Origin: Candidatus Heimdallarchaeota archaeon
Lineage (GTDB): Archaea; Asgardarchaeota; Heimdallarchaeia; Heimdallarchaeales; Heimdallarchaeaceae
Assembly: GCA_023705985.1 (NCBI GenBank)
Contig: BPTO01000001.1
Span: forward strand, 13,443 to 77,442
Length of the DNA: 64,000 bases
Direction: 5' to 3'
Shown here: positions 20,071 through 30,084 of the stretch, one piece after another
Layout of the letters: each line of letters opens with the position of its first letter
How positions within the stretch are numbered: position 1 is the stretch's first letter
Program-made: the position numbers and the translations under genes
Notes under the pieces: generated by a model
Database searches by the model: none
Seen by the model: the letters and a program-made list of their open reading frames with translations, nothing else
What the model was told of the DNA's origin: nothing

Positions 20071-20844
20071 ATGGTTATGCAACATTCAAAGGAAGAACTC
20101 CGAAATCTAGCTCAACCCTTCTTTTACAAATCGCCTAACAATAGTTCTAAAACACTAATAATTCTAACACATGGTTTTACCGCTTCAGCAACAGAGACAC
20201 GACCACTAGCTGAATTCCTAAAAGCGAAAAAATATGATACATATAGTATCCTTCTAGCAGGACATGGAACAACTTCAACAGATTTGGATACTGTTCATTG
20301 GAAGGGGTGGTTGAATGATATAAATATGATTTTTGAGGAATATGCCCCAAAATATAATCATGTTTTCTTAGGAGGAGTGTCACTGGGAGGAGGATTGTCT
20401 CTTTACTTAGCGTCCAAGCTAGAAATAGATGGTGTTTTTACGATAAATGCATTGTATAAATTCTCAAAGATGGATGTTTTCCTCTCAACACTTGTCCATT
20501 GGTTCAAACTACACAAACCGAAAAGTGATGAAAGGAATAACTGGTATCTTGAGAACAATTTGTTCTCCTATCCTGACGATTCAGTAGCTGCAGCATATCA
20601 AATAGTCAAATTTTTACGAAAACTAAGAAGAAAAATGAAAAAAATAAAAACTCCAACATTAATTATCCAATCACAAACAGATAAAACCATATCCCCTGAA
20701 ACAGGAGAATTAATTTATAATAACCTCAAAACAAAGAAAGAGATTCTTAGAATACCTAAAGGAGATCATATCTTAACAGTTGACCCAAATAGAAAAATGG
20801 CATTTGAGAAAATAGGCGAATTCATTGAAAAATTAGTGGAATAA
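20071..20844 (+). CDS. alpha/beta-hydrolase fold esterase/lipase
   Basis: Oxyanion-hole HGF motif and nucleophile-elbow GGVSLGG (GxSxG). Confidence 0.7.
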   Translation: MVMQHSKEELRNLAQPFFYKSPNNSSKTLIILTHGFTASATETRPLAEFLKAKKYDTYSILLAGHGTTSTDLDTVHWKGWLNDINMIFEEYAPKYNHVFLGGVSLGGGLSLYLASKLEIDGVFTINALYKFSKMDVFLSTLVHWFKLHKPKSDERNNWYLENNLFSYPDDSVAAAYQIVKFLRKLRRKMKKIKTPTLIIQSQTDKTISPETGELIYNNLKTKKEILRIPKGDHILTVDPNRKMAFEKIGEFIEKLVE

Positions 20845-20921
20845 TAAGCAATATACCAATATCAAAATGGATAGAAACGAAAAGTATTAAAAAGACATTA
20901 AGCAAAAACGGAACATTAATT

Positions 20922-21028
20922 GCCCCGATGGTGTAGTTCGGCCAATCATTGCGGACTTTCAAATTTTGTGGTTTGATGTCCGCATGTAAAGACCTCCGCA
21001 GACCCGGGTTCAAATCCCGGTCGGGGCA
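20922..21028 (+). tRNA. tRNA-Glu (UUC) with ~32-nt intron at canonical 37/38; CCA encoded
   Basis: Acceptor GCCCCGA/TCGGGGC, D-arm GTG..CAT, anticodon stem GCGGA/TCCGC, loop CTTTCA[intron], T-arm CCGGG TTCAAAT CCCGG. Close to known archaeal tRNA-Glu sequences. Confidence 0.7.
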
Positions 21029-21233
21029 CCAGTTTTAACTTTTATTTCAACCATTTTTCTTGCCTTTTTCAACTTCAAAAAAAATGTTTTTTTAGTTTTA
21101 GATTTGTTATTGTGTCTCCCGTTCACATTTTTAGCACAATGCTTACCTCTACCACTGTTCTCTAACACCCAAGGATAAATTTAAAAAATCAATCAAATAG
21201 ATTGATATACCTCCCTTTGGTCTTATAATCTTT

Positions 21234-21315
21234 GCGGGGATTGCCGAGCGGTCAAAGGCGCTGGACTTAGGATCCAGTCCTTAGTGGTTCGGGAGTTCGA
21301 ATCTCCCTCCCCGCA
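21234..21315 (+). tRNA. tRNA-Leu (UAG), long variable arm; CCA encoded
   Basis: Acceptor GCGGGGA/TCCCCGC, anticodon stem CTGGA/TCCAG, loop CTTAGGA, long variable arm, T-arm GGGAG TTCGAAT CTCCC. Confidence 0.8.
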
Positions 21316-21462
21316 CCAATTTTTATCAGTTTTAATTGATACCTCATCTGTTCAGACTACTTTTTTCTTTTCTTAACAACTTTTTTCGCTTTTTCTGACA
21401 TTTAAAACTTATTTTTTCACTTTTAATTCACTCTCTGTTTTGCTTATATAGGTTAGTTACTA

Positions 21463-21939
21463 ATGTATACATGGATAAATATGACTTCATGTTACGTTTC
21501 CGAAACTTTAGTCGATTTGGGCATTGTAATGATTAAGTTTGATCAATCTTTTGGTCCTCTTATTCTACATAATCATTCCTTCTTGGATGAGGATCAATTA
21601 ATGAAAGTTGCTCTAAAGGGTACTACAACTCTTATGAATGGTCTTTCTTATAACCTTTCAAACACTCGTCGTTTTCGTGGAATGTTTCAATTATCTGAGG
21701 AACTTTTTGTTTATGGTTTTGACCTTCTTCTTATTGACGATCAAAGCGATGATGGGTCATTTGTTCCTGTGTTAGTATTTTTAGTATTCCCCACTTGTTC
21801 AGTTCCTGTAGTTGGTTCTAGTATTCGTTCCATAGAAGAAATACTGTTCAAACACACAAAAACTATTGTCAATCTAACTAACTTAACTCCTGAAATTGTA
21901 GTAAATATGTTATCTTCTCTACAAGGCATAATGGCATAA
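21463..21939 (+). CDS. hypothetical protein (possible longin/roadblock-like fold); start may be internal MIKFDQSF
   Basis: ORF only, with alternating beta/alpha propensity and no motif. Confidence 0.3.
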   Translation: MYTWINMTSCYVSETLVDLGIVMIKFDQSFGPLILHNHSFLDEDQLMKVALKGTTTLMNGLSYNLSNTRRFRGMFQLSEELFVYGFDLLLIDDQSDDGSFVPVLVFLVFPTCSVPVVGSSIRSIEEILFKHTKTIVNLTNLTPEIVVNMLSSLQGIMA

Positions 21940-22009
21940 ATTTTTCTGTTTCAAACCTTAAATCACCATTTTTCCTTTATATGCAACAACAAGAAAGGAG
22001 GAATGTTTT

Positions 22010-22873
22010 TTACTTATCCAACAAGAAGTCAGCTTCTTCAGCGTTAAAAGAACTTCTTACAAAGGGTGCGGAAGCCACGAATTTGAAACCCATTTCATAT
22101 CCTTTTTTCGCATATTCTTTAAACAACTCAGGAGTTACATACTCTTCTATTTCCAAATTTGAACTTGGAGGTTTAAGGTATTGACCTATTGTTAGTATAT
22201 CACAATCAACTGTTCTTAGATTTTCCATTACTCCCAATACTTCCTTTTTTGTCTCTCCAAGTCCGACCATTAAACCAGATTTTGTATAAATAGAAGAATC
22301 CATCTCTTTTACAAATTTTAAAACTTTTAAGGATTTTTCATATTTTGCTTGTGGAGTGACTTTGTTGAATAATCTTGGTACCACCTCTACGTTGTGGTTT
22401 ACTATATTTGGACTTGATTCTACAACAGTTCGTATGTCTTTCTCTTTTCCCTTTAAATCTGGAATTAATAATTCAATTATGACATCTTTATTATATTCTC
22501 TTATTTTTCTAGTAATTTCCGCGAAATGAGCTGCTCCCCCATCAGGTAAGTCATCTCTTGTTACTGAAGTTATAACCACGTGTTTCAAACCAAGTTTTTT
22601 CACGGCTTCAACGATGTGATTTGGCTCTTTTGTGTCTAAAAGATGCGGTTTCCCATGTTTTATATCACAGAATAGACAATCACGAGTGCAAATGTCACCC
22701 ATTACTAAAAATGTTGCAGTTTGTTTAGCAAAACATTTTCCGATATTTGGACACATTGATTCTTCACAAACAGTGCGTAGATTTAACTTTCGAAGCATAT
22801 TTTGTATCTTTTTTATCTCATCCCAGTCCATTTTTCCAATACGCATCCATTCTGGTTTCTTCAGTCTAGGCAT
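22010..22873 (-). CDS. lipA: lipoyl synthase LipA (radical SAM)
   Basis: N-terminal CEESMCPNIGKC cluster motif plus radical-SAM CTRDCLFC. Confidence 0.85.
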   Translation of the reverse strand: MPRLKKPEWMRIGKMDWDEIKKIQNMLRKLNLRTVCEESMCPNIGKCFAKQTATFLVMGDICTRDCLFCDIKHGKPHLLDTKEPNHIVEAVKKLGLKHVVITSVTRDDLPDGGAAHFAEITRKIREYNKDVIIELLIPDLKGKEKDIRTVVESSPNIVNHNVEVVPRLFNKVTPQAKYEKSLKVLKFVKEMDSSIYTKSGLMVGLGETKKEVLGVMENLRTVDCDILTIGQYLKPPSSNLEIEEYVTPELFKEYAKKGYEMGFKFVASAPFVRSSFNAEEADFLLDK

Positions 22874-23570
22874 TTTCCCTTATCCTCTCTTCAAATTTTT
22901 CGCTTTTTAACGGTATCAACTTCCGTTCAAATACTTTTTCAAATGTTTTTTCAAAAACATGATAAATTTCTTTCATGTCGAGTTTTTTTCCTATTAATTG
23001 TTCCATTGACATTGGTGTAAATTCTTTTATTCCACAAGGTATTATCATTTGAAAATGATTCATGTTCGTGTTTACATTTAATGCCAGTCCATGAGATGTT
23101 ATTTTCTTTGATGCTTTTGCTCCAACTGCAGCTATTTTAACAGGTATCCCATTGTTTTTTACCCAAATTCCTGGAAACCCTTCTCGTCGAAAACCAAGTA
23201 TCATTTCATGCTTAATGGTTTCTATAATTGTTTGTTCCATCCCCCACACAAAATCTGGAATGGACAGCTTTGCACGGATTAAATCAAGAAGGAAATATCC
23301 TACTAATTGTCCTGGTCCGTGATAAGTCACTTTTCCACCTCTATCAGTAACAATAACTTCTATGCCTTCTTTCTCTAAAATTTCATCAGAAACGATGATT
23401 TCCTCTCTTATTCCTCGCTTTCCTAGTGTAAAAACTGGATTGTGCTGTAGAACCATAAGAAAATCGTCATATTCTCTGTTAGTTTCTTTTATTGCTCTAA
23501 TTTGAGATTGTAACATCAGTGCTTTCTTGTAATCTAAATAATCATATTCAACAAAGTAGCAAGTATCCAT
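22866..23570 (-). CDS. lipB: octanoyltransferase LipB (lipoate-protein ligase B family)
   Basis: RGGKVTYHGPGQLVGY motif is typical of LipB. Start chosen at MDTCYF; the ORF also allows an upstream ATG at 23615. Confidence 0.7.
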   Translation of the reverse strand: MDTCYFVEYDYLDYKKALMLQSQIRAIKETNREYDDFLMVLQHNPVFTLGKRGIREEIIVSDEILEKEGIEVIVTDRGGKVTYHGPGQLVGYFLLDLIRAKLSIPDFVWGMEQTIIETIKHEMILGFRREGFPGIWVKNNGIPVKIAAVGAKASKKITSHGLALNVNTNMNHFQMIIPCGIKEFTPMSMEQLIGKKLDMKEIYHVFEKTFEKVFERKLIPLKSEKFEERIRENA

Positions 23571-23674
23571 TATTTCCCTTTTTTTTATATTCTTTTTCAA
23601 CTTTCGGTTGGCCAACAGCTAGTTGGTCTCGCAAAATTGAAAAGCAAGTTATACATAATAGTTCACGAGTAAGT

Positions 23675-24409
23675 ATGGTTAAGTTTATCACTATCCTACT
23701 AGCTAATGCAGCTCTTGAAATGTTTCCCTCTGAACTTGTTAAAGATCTTGAGATTAGACAATATTTGTCCAAATTGAAAAAGAAACCCACTGAAATCATA
23801 CTTGATGCAAATTACCACAGCAATTTCATGAAGAATTTACCAGACGCTGAAAATAGGGGAAGACCAGATATTACCCATTTTGCGCTACTTTCCATTTTTG
23901 GCTCTATATTGGCACGTGAAAAGAGGATTAAAGTTCTAATACATACTTGTGACAATAAAATCATCTTTCTTAACCCAGAAATTCGCTTACCCAAATCTTT
24001 AGAGCGTTTTAATGGTCTTATCTTGCAATTACTCAAACATAAACGAATCCCCCCCGCTTCTAATGAACTATTAATGGAACTTTCTGAATCATCTCTTGAA
24101 GAATTAATTAAAAAGTTACGATTGGAGCACGATGTTATAATAGAATTTAGTGTTGAAGGAAAAAAGTGTACAGCTCTTGAGTATTCAGAATTAATTCATT
24201 ATAAGTCAGTTAATCCTCTGCTTATCTTTGGAGCTTTTCCACATGGTCATATCAAAGAGATGCAGAAAAATGTGGTAGACCATAAAATAGCAATATATAA
24301 GGATGGTCTAGATCTTTTTTCAGTAATTGCTCAAATTTTAGGTAGCATCCATATTCTAGAAGAGGAATCAATATTTTCTAGTTCACTAAAATCAGAGAAG
24401 GTGTCTTGA
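23675..24409 (+). CDS. nep1: ribosome biogenesis protein Nep1/EMG1 (SPOUT pseudouridine methyltransferase)
   Basis: GRPDITHFALLSI motif (RPDIxH). Start set at internal MVKFITIL (ATG at 23675). Confidence 0.7.
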   Translation: MVKFITILLANAALEMFPSELVKDLEIRQYLSKLKKKPTEIILDANYHSNFMKNLPDAENRGRPDITHFALLSIFGSILAREKRIKVLIHTCDNKIIFLNPEIRLPKSLERFNGLILQLLKHKRIPPASNELLMELSESSLEELIKKLRLEHDVIIEFSVEGKKCTALEYSELIHYKSVNPLLIFGAFPHGHIKEMQKNVVDHKIAIYKDGLDLFSVIAQILGSIHILEEESIFSSSLKSEKVS

Positions 24410-24453
24410 GAATAGAAAAAGTAGAAAAAGAGATTTTTTTCTTAATATTTCCT

Positions 24454-26994
24454 TCATTGTGCAGTAACGTTTGAAAGTTGGTCGTTTATAGAAGAGAGAG
24501 CAATAGTAATAATAGTAATGTTTCTTGTTAAGTCATCAGGATTGGCTAATGGTCCTTCTTCTGCGATTGATAATACGTTATTGAAGTTACCAATAATACT
24601 ATCTAATGTGTTTTTTATGTTTATTAATGCCGTTCTTGCATCTTCAAGATGTAGCATTTCACCAGCTTCAGTTTCATTCATATACATAATTGCCAAATCC
24701 ATCTCAGACACAGCACTATGGAAAGAATTGTTAGCAGCAACAAAACTATCGTTCGCATCTCCAAAATCCATTTTGTTAAATTGAGTTTCTCCTGCTGTTA
24801 CATTAGCATATGTATACTTTAGATGTTCCATAGAGTTGAAAAGATGATAAAATGAATGGGCAATATTATTCGCATTTATTACATTGGACGTCAAATTAAA
24901 ACCATTTAAGAAGTTAGCAATTTTTTGACTAGGTTTACTAAACATTTCATACGTTCCATTATCGGCGTTTGATTGTATAATTGAGATCCTATTTTCTATA
25001 GAGTATGCGGTGTTGTTTAGATTATCGGTTAAAATAATAATATCAAGAATCTCGAATTGTAATGAAGAATAATCAGTTACGGTTATGTTCTCATAGCCAA
25101 CACCAAAACTTTCAACAATATGGGTTAAATCGCCATAAACAGTTCCTACATCAATTCCAAAGGAACTTATATCAACAGCTAATGCAGCCATATCATATAG
25201 AAAGCTTAGAGTACTGTTAAGAAATGGTGTATCGGAATTAACCACCCGTATTATTTCTTCCTTTCCAAACTCATTATATACCACACTAAAATTTGAATTG
25301 GCTTGCTCAAAGAAAACAACTTCTGTTCCATTGAATGAACTATAATCGCCAACGTTTAAAGCCGCCTTTATCAGATTATAAGACCCATACAAGAAGTGTG
25401 TAAGAGTAGTATAGTTGGATTTCTCACCATTAACCATCGGTTGCTCAATTAAAGCATCAAGAGCATCGGTTGCATTAGTAAACAAATACAGATACTTTTC
25501 CATTTCTTTTATTTTTGTCTTAACAAACTCAGTATTATCCCCAAACAATGTGTCTAACACATCATAAATATCCGAAAATTCAATTTTTTTAACCTCTTCA
25601 TATGCATCTCTAATAAGGACAGTACTATTAGCAAGATGGATTAGTCCATCGTTAACTTTTGCCATACCTTGTTCAAACAGACTATCGTTAACTTGATATC
25701 TTTTAATGAGGTACTTTTCTGTTGTTGAATCGTCATACGGCTCAACACATAAGGTGATCGATATGCTATAATTTAATGCGTCTGTAACATCTTGGAATCC
25801 TTGGTATATCTGATAGGAACCATTGATAAAAGGTTCAATACCTCCAAGAAGTATAAGCGATGCATCTAAGAAGTGAAGAAGATCATCTGTAATTTTTGTA
25901 ATAATACCAAATACAAAAGAAAACATCTCGATACTTTTACTACCATCTTGAATATATTCTGCAGCTAAGCTGAAGTTCGCTAGTATTTGGTTAATTTCCT
26001 CTTGAGTAATATTGTCAAAATCATTTATTCCTTGAATTCCATTTACTATATGGATTATACCTTGTGTTGATGCTGAGCCAAAATTGACAAGGCTCCCCAT
26101 GGAAAGATGAACAATTGGGGTAATTATCAAACCAATTATTAAGAAAAGAAGTGCAAAGACCAGTGCTATTATCTTTTTTAATTTAATTTCTGATCTAAAT
26201 ATTTGTATTAACCACGTTAGCGCCAGAAGAGAAAATATGAACATTGGTATAGCAATAACAAAATCAATTAAGAGAGCAAGTAGGCTATATTCCTTAATTG
26301 TTTCAATTGTAATATCTCCGGGTAATGTAATGTTCCCGCCATAGAGATCAAGTCCTGCTTCTGCAGTCTCCAAAAGGAAATCAGTTCTTTCAGAAATAGG
26401 GGCAAATGGATTGTATACTGGAGCACCAACATAGTGAAAAAGAAAACTTGCACCAAATAGGAGTATTAATAAGAGAGGTACAGAAAGAGCAGCTATTTTT
26501 TTACTGCGTACGATAACACTATAGCCTATTAAACCAGCTACACCAAGAGCATATGCCACTATGCTTGCAGCTACACTATCGCGCGGATGGAGAGAGACTT
26601 CAAGGAGAAATATGAGTACAATATTAAAAAGGAAGAAGAATAAGAGCCCCCACCAAAAAACATACTTTCGCTTTTTTTCTTCAACTTCCTCCTCTTCAGT
26701 TTCTTCTCTTGCAGTTTGTGAACGAAAATTATCAACTAAATATTCAGGACGCGTCACTTCCTCTTTTTTAAGTATATCTCTTTCTATTGGCTTAGGTGAG
26801 GGTATTTCTGAAATAAGTATTGGTTTCTGTTGTGCGGGCTTTGGTTGAGAAGGAGGAAATGGTCGAACTGGTTTAGGAGGGTATTCTTCTGTTGGTTCCT
26901 CTGTTACTTCTTTTTCTACTTTTAGTTTTTCTTCATCATTTTGTTCAGAAGGAACACGACGAGGAGGTTTAGGAGGTAGATTTTCTTCATTCAT
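24454..26994 (-). CDS. multi-pass membrane protein with Pro-rich N-terminal region and large sequon-rich extracytoplasmic domain; paralog of 4126..6381
   Basis: Shares many collinear blocks with the 751-aa protein (YNPFAPISERT, FHYV, THFLYGSYNL, NSDTP, DFGDAN). Confidence 0.7.
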   Translation of the reverse strand: MNEENLPPKPPRRVPSEQNDEEKLKVEKEVTEEPTEEYPPKPVRPFPPSQPKPAQQKPILISEIPSPKPIERDILKKEEVTRPEYLVDNFRSQTAREETEEEEVEEKKRKYVFWWGLLFFFLFNIVLIFLLEVSLHPRDSVAASIVAYALGVAGLIGYSVIVRSKKIAALSVPLLLILLFGASFLFHYVGAPVYNPFAPISERTDFLLETAEAGLDLYGGNITLPGDITIETIKEYSLLALLIDFVIAIPMFIFSLLALTWLIQIFRSEIKLKKIIALVFALLFLIIGLIITPIVHLSMGSLVNFGSASTQGIIHIVNGIQGINDFDNITQEEINQILANFSLAAEYIQDGSKSIEMFSFVFGIITKITDDLLHFLDASLILLGGIEPFINGSYQIYQGFQDVTDALNYSISITLCVEPYDDSTTEKYLIKRYQVNDSLFEQGMAKVNDGLIHLANSTVLIRDAYEEVKKIEFSDIYDVLDTLFGDNTEFVKTKIKEMEKYLYLFTNATDALDALIEQPMVNGEKSNYTTLTHFLYGSYNLIKAALNVGDYSSFNGTEVVFFEQANSNFSVVYNEFGKEEIIRVVNSDTPFLNSTLSFLYDMAALAVDISSFGIDVGTVYGDLTHIVESFGVGYENITVTDYSSLQFEILDIIILTDNLNNTAYSIENRISIIQSNADNGTYEMFSKPSQKIANFLNGFNLTSNVINANNIAHSFYHLFNSMEHLKYTYANVTAGETQFNKMDFGDANDSFVAANNSFHSAVSEMDLAIMYMNETEAGEMLHLEDARTALINIKNTLDSIIGNFNNVLSIAEEGPLANPDDLTRNITIITIALSSINDQLSNVTAQ

Positions 26995-27088
26995 TAATAA
27001 AACACTTAAACATTACTAGAAAAGAGAGAGGTACAGCATATTTATAGATATCGCACCCCCCCGTAATAGAAGAAAATCAGAAAAATGG

Positions 27089-27219
27089 TGGGGTATGGCG
27101 GAGTTGAACCACCGACCATCTGGTGCCTCAGCTTTAGCTCAAGAAACTTATGAGCCAGACGCTTGTTAGTTTTAGGCTCTCGACCTAATAAACATCTAAC
27201 CAGGCTGAGCTAATACCCC
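27089..27219 (-). tRNA. tRNA with CAU anticodon (elongator Met or Ile2) carrying two introns: 32 nt in D-stem (22/23 or 23/24) and 24 nt at 37/38; CCA encoded
   Basis: After removing both segments the D-arm becomes GCTC AGCCTGGTTA GAGC G. Anticodon stem TCTGG/CCAGA, loop CTCATA[intron]A, T-arm GGTGG TTCAACT CCGCC, acceptor GGGGTAT/ATACCCC. Confidence 0.6.
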
Positions 27220-27355
27220 TTTTATATTGACTTCTATACTCTGTTCTATCCTTCTTTTCTTAAATTTTTCTTTTCATTCTCCCTTTTTCTGTCATACCAC
27301 AATTTTTTATTATATGTTTAAAATAATGTTGTTCACTCTTGTTAGGTGACATAAA

Positions 27356-28306
27356 TTGGATTTAGCTTTCTTAAAGGTTGTTGATGATATTCAAGTTCTT
27401 CGAATACAAGGCGCGACCAACATAGCTATTGAAGGGGTAAACGCCTTTTCATTATTGGGAGAACACATTGATTGCGCTTCATTAGAAGAGCTGTTTGTGA
27501 AATTAGAAAAAGCTAGAGAAGTTTTATCAGCTGCTCGTGCGACTGAGCCTGCTCTTAGAAATGGATTGAGGTTTATTATGTATAATCTTCGCAAAAAAGC
27601 TTCTTCTTTGCAAGATGCACGAGAACTTATTGTATCATTTTCAAAAGATTATGTTTTATTACTTAAAGAATCAAAAAAGAAAGTCATTTCATATGGAGCT
27701 CATCGAATAAAAGATGGTAGTACAATAATGACGCACTGTCATTCCTCTCTGTCAACTGGAATCATACTTGAAGCGCATAAACAAGGGAAAGACATCAATG
27801 TCTTTTGCACTGAAACAAGACCACTTTATCAAGGGAGAATCACTGCAAAGGAACTTGTTTTAGCAGGAGTTCCAACAACTCAAGTAGTTGACAGTGCCAT
27901 GCGTTGGGTAATAAACAGTTACAATATTGATATAATTATTACAGGAGCTGACGCTATAACTAGTCAAGGAACGGTTATAAATAAAATTGGTACTAGACTT
28001 TTGGCGCTAGCAGCTAAAGAGATGGATATTCCATTCTATTCCGCTATTAACTTGCTTAAATATGATCCTGAAACAAGTATAGGAAAGTTAACAGAAATAG
28101 AGATGAGAGAACCTTCAGAAATTTGGAAAAATCCTCCTGAAGGATTAAAATTTCTTAATCCAGCTTTTGAGACCGTATCCCATGATTTAATTGATGGAAT
28201 CATTTCAGAAGGTGGAGTCTTTGCACCATCTTTTATTTACTTCATAATACAAGAAAAATATCCATTTATGATTCACGAAGAAATAGGGATGAACAGTATT
28301 AATTAA
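27356..28306 (+). CDS. ribose-1,5-bisphosphate isomerase (eIF2B-related e2b2 family)
   Basis: eIF2B-like fold (GATNIAIEG...), lying immediately upstream of the form III RuBisCO gene. Confidence 0.7.
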   Translation: MDLAFLKVVDDIQVLRIQGATNIAIEGVNAFSLLGEHIDCASLEELFVKLEKAREVLSAARATEPALRNGLRFIMYNLRKKASSLQDARELIVSFSKDYVLLLKESKKKVISYGAHRIKDGSTIMTHCHSSLSTGIILEAHKQGKDINVFCTETRPLYQGRITAKELVLAGVPTTQVVDSAMRWVINSYNIDIIITGADAITSQGTVINKIGTRLLALAAKEMDIPFYSAINLLKYDPETSIGKLTEIEMREPSEIWKNPPEGLKFLNPAFETVSHDLIDGIISEGGVFAPSFIYFIIQEKYPFMIHEEIGMNSIN

Positions 28307-28318
28307 GGTGCTTAAATT

Positions 28319-29569
28319 ATGAATGAAGAATTTAAAGAATTATTAATTGCAAAATATTACGTTGAGCACGTGAAAAGTGTTGAAATAGCCGCAGAAGAGA
28401 TATGTGACGAAGAATCAGTAGGCACATGGACAGATTTAACAACAACTGTTGGCAAACCACATATAGCTCGACTTAGAGCAGAAGTATTAGACAAACAGGT
28501 TTTTGATGATCATGGAGATTACCAAAGCGGTGAAGTTACTATTGGTTTTCAAACAGAAACCTTTGACTTAGAAGCAGGGATAACTAGTATCCTTTCCATG
28601 GTAGCTGGAAATCTATTTGGTTTAGGAGCTCTACGGAATATTCGTTGGTTAGATGTCGAGTTTCCTCGAAGTATTATTGAAAATTTCCCTGGACCAAAAT
28701 TTGGTATTGAGGGAGTTAGAAAGATTATTGGGACAGATAAAGGAGAGTTTCCAAATAGGCCACATATTGGAACAATTGTTAAACCAAAAATGGGCTTAAC
28801 AGCACAAGAATGGGCAGATGTTACGTATGAAGCCGCTATTGGTGGAGTCGATTTTATTAAAGATGATGAGAATTTAAGTGATCAACACTTTTGTCCTCTT
28901 GAAGACAGAGTTATCCATGTATTAGAGAGGCTAGATCAAGTAAAAGAGGAAACAGGTAGAACCGTAATACATGCAGTTAATGTTACTGCGACTCATGATG
29001 TAATGTGGAAACGTATTAAAACGGCTTTAGATAATGGTGCAAAATGTCTAATGATTGATGTAATTTTAACTGGTTATCAAGAACTTGCTCAAATGGCGCG
29101 TGACCCAAGTGTTAAGGTCCCAATTCATGTTCATCGGACAATGCACGCAGCTTTCACACGTAATCAAAAACACGGAATTTCCATGCTTCCTGTAGCTAAG
29201 ATAGTGAGAATGTTAGGAGGAGATCAATTACATATAGGTTCCTATGGACAAGGGAAAATGGATACTGATCTCGAACTTGAACTTCAACTTAAGCAATCTT
29301 TAATCGAACCAATGTATGAACTCAAAACTACCTTTCCAGTTGCTTCTGGCGGATTATATCCAGCTAAGATACCTAATCTAGTTAAGTATGGTGGGAATAA
29401 TGTTATTATACAAGCTGGAGGCGGTATACATGGACATCCTGATGGAACTCGGAAAGGTGCGATGGCTATGCGTCAAGCGTTAGATGCAACTTTGAAAGGG
29501 GTATCCCTTGATGAATATGCTAAAGACCATCAAGAGTTAGCAAAAGCACTTGAAAAATGGGGAAAATGA
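28319..29569 (+). CDS. rbcL: ribulose-bisphosphate carboxylase large subunit, form III (archaeal AMP pathway)
   Basis: GGVDFIKDDENL active-site block, 416 aa, next to the R15P isomerase. Confidence 0.85.
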   Translation: MNEEFKELLIAKYYVEHVKSVEIAAEEICDEESVGTWTDLTTTVGKPHIARLRAEVLDKQVFDDHGDYQSGEVTIGFQTETFDLEAGITSILSMVAGNLFGLGALRNIRWLDVEFPRSIIENFPGPKFGIEGVRKIIGTDKGEFPNRPHIGTIVKPKMGLTAQEWADVTYEAAIGGVDFIKDDENLSDQHFCPLEDRVIHVLERLDQVKEETGRTVIHAVNVTATHDVMWKRIKTALDNGAKCLMIDVILTGYQELAQMARDPSVKVPIHVHRTMHAAFTRNQKHGISMLPVAKIVRMLGGDQLHIGSYGQGKMDTDLELELQLKQSLIEPMYELKTTFPVASGGLYPAKIPNLVKYGGNNVIIQAGGGIHGHPDGTRKGAMAMRQALDATLKGVSLDEYAKDHQELAKALEKWGK

Positions 29570-29743
29570 GCTTTTACTTCTTTTTCCCTAATACTATTTT
29601 ATTGTATCTTCTCATTTATACAACATATTCGATATTTCATATTTAGGATAAAAATAGATCCTTTCAACTAATTTTTAAGTTAAGAACGGAAAAATTAAAA
29701 ATAGTAACTAAATCATGAAGAATAGCCGAGTTTGCGCTAATAG

Positions 29744-29815
29744 TCTAGTGGCTATGACTTCGGCCTTCCAAGTCGACGACCCGGGTTCAATTCCCGGTTG
29801 GCGCACCAAAACAAC
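29744..29815 (+). tRNA. tRNA-Gly (UCC); CCA encoded
   Basis: Acceptor GCGCTAA/TTGGCGC, anticodon stem TCGGC/GTCGA, loop CTTCCAA, T-arm CCGGG TTCAATT CCCGG. Confidence 0.75.
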
Positions 29816-29835
29816 CATGAAGCAACGTATAATAA

Positions 29836-29933
29836 AGCTCGCGTAGTCTAGTTGGCATGACTCAGAGTGTTTATTTAAAAAACACGAGTAACCCTGCCAC
29901 GGCTGGAACCCGGGTTCAAATCCCGGCGCGTGC
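29836..29933 (+). tRNA. tRNA-Gly (GCC) with non-canonical 26-nt intron inside the anticodon stem (29/30); CCA encoded
   Basis: Removing AGTGTTTATTTAAAAAACACGAGTAA restores anticodon stem CAGCC/GGCTG with loop CTGCCAC. The intron itself forms a 6-bp hairpin. T-arm CCGGG TTCAAAT CCCGG. One U:U mismatch at 3:70. Confidence 0.6.
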
Positions 29934-30084
29934 ACCACCCTTACTTCATCTTTTTTTTCAAAATTTGATAAATAAATTCATTATCTGTGTCTAACAGAGG
30001 TTAGGTCCCAATCTGTAGACTCACGTAATACTCAGAGATTTTCTCTATAATATTTGCTTTATTATTCATCATATAGTATTTCCT

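Noticed and set aside
29708-29938. ORF 29708..29938 (-)
   Set aside because: It overlaps two well-folding tRNA-Gly genes on the opposite strand.
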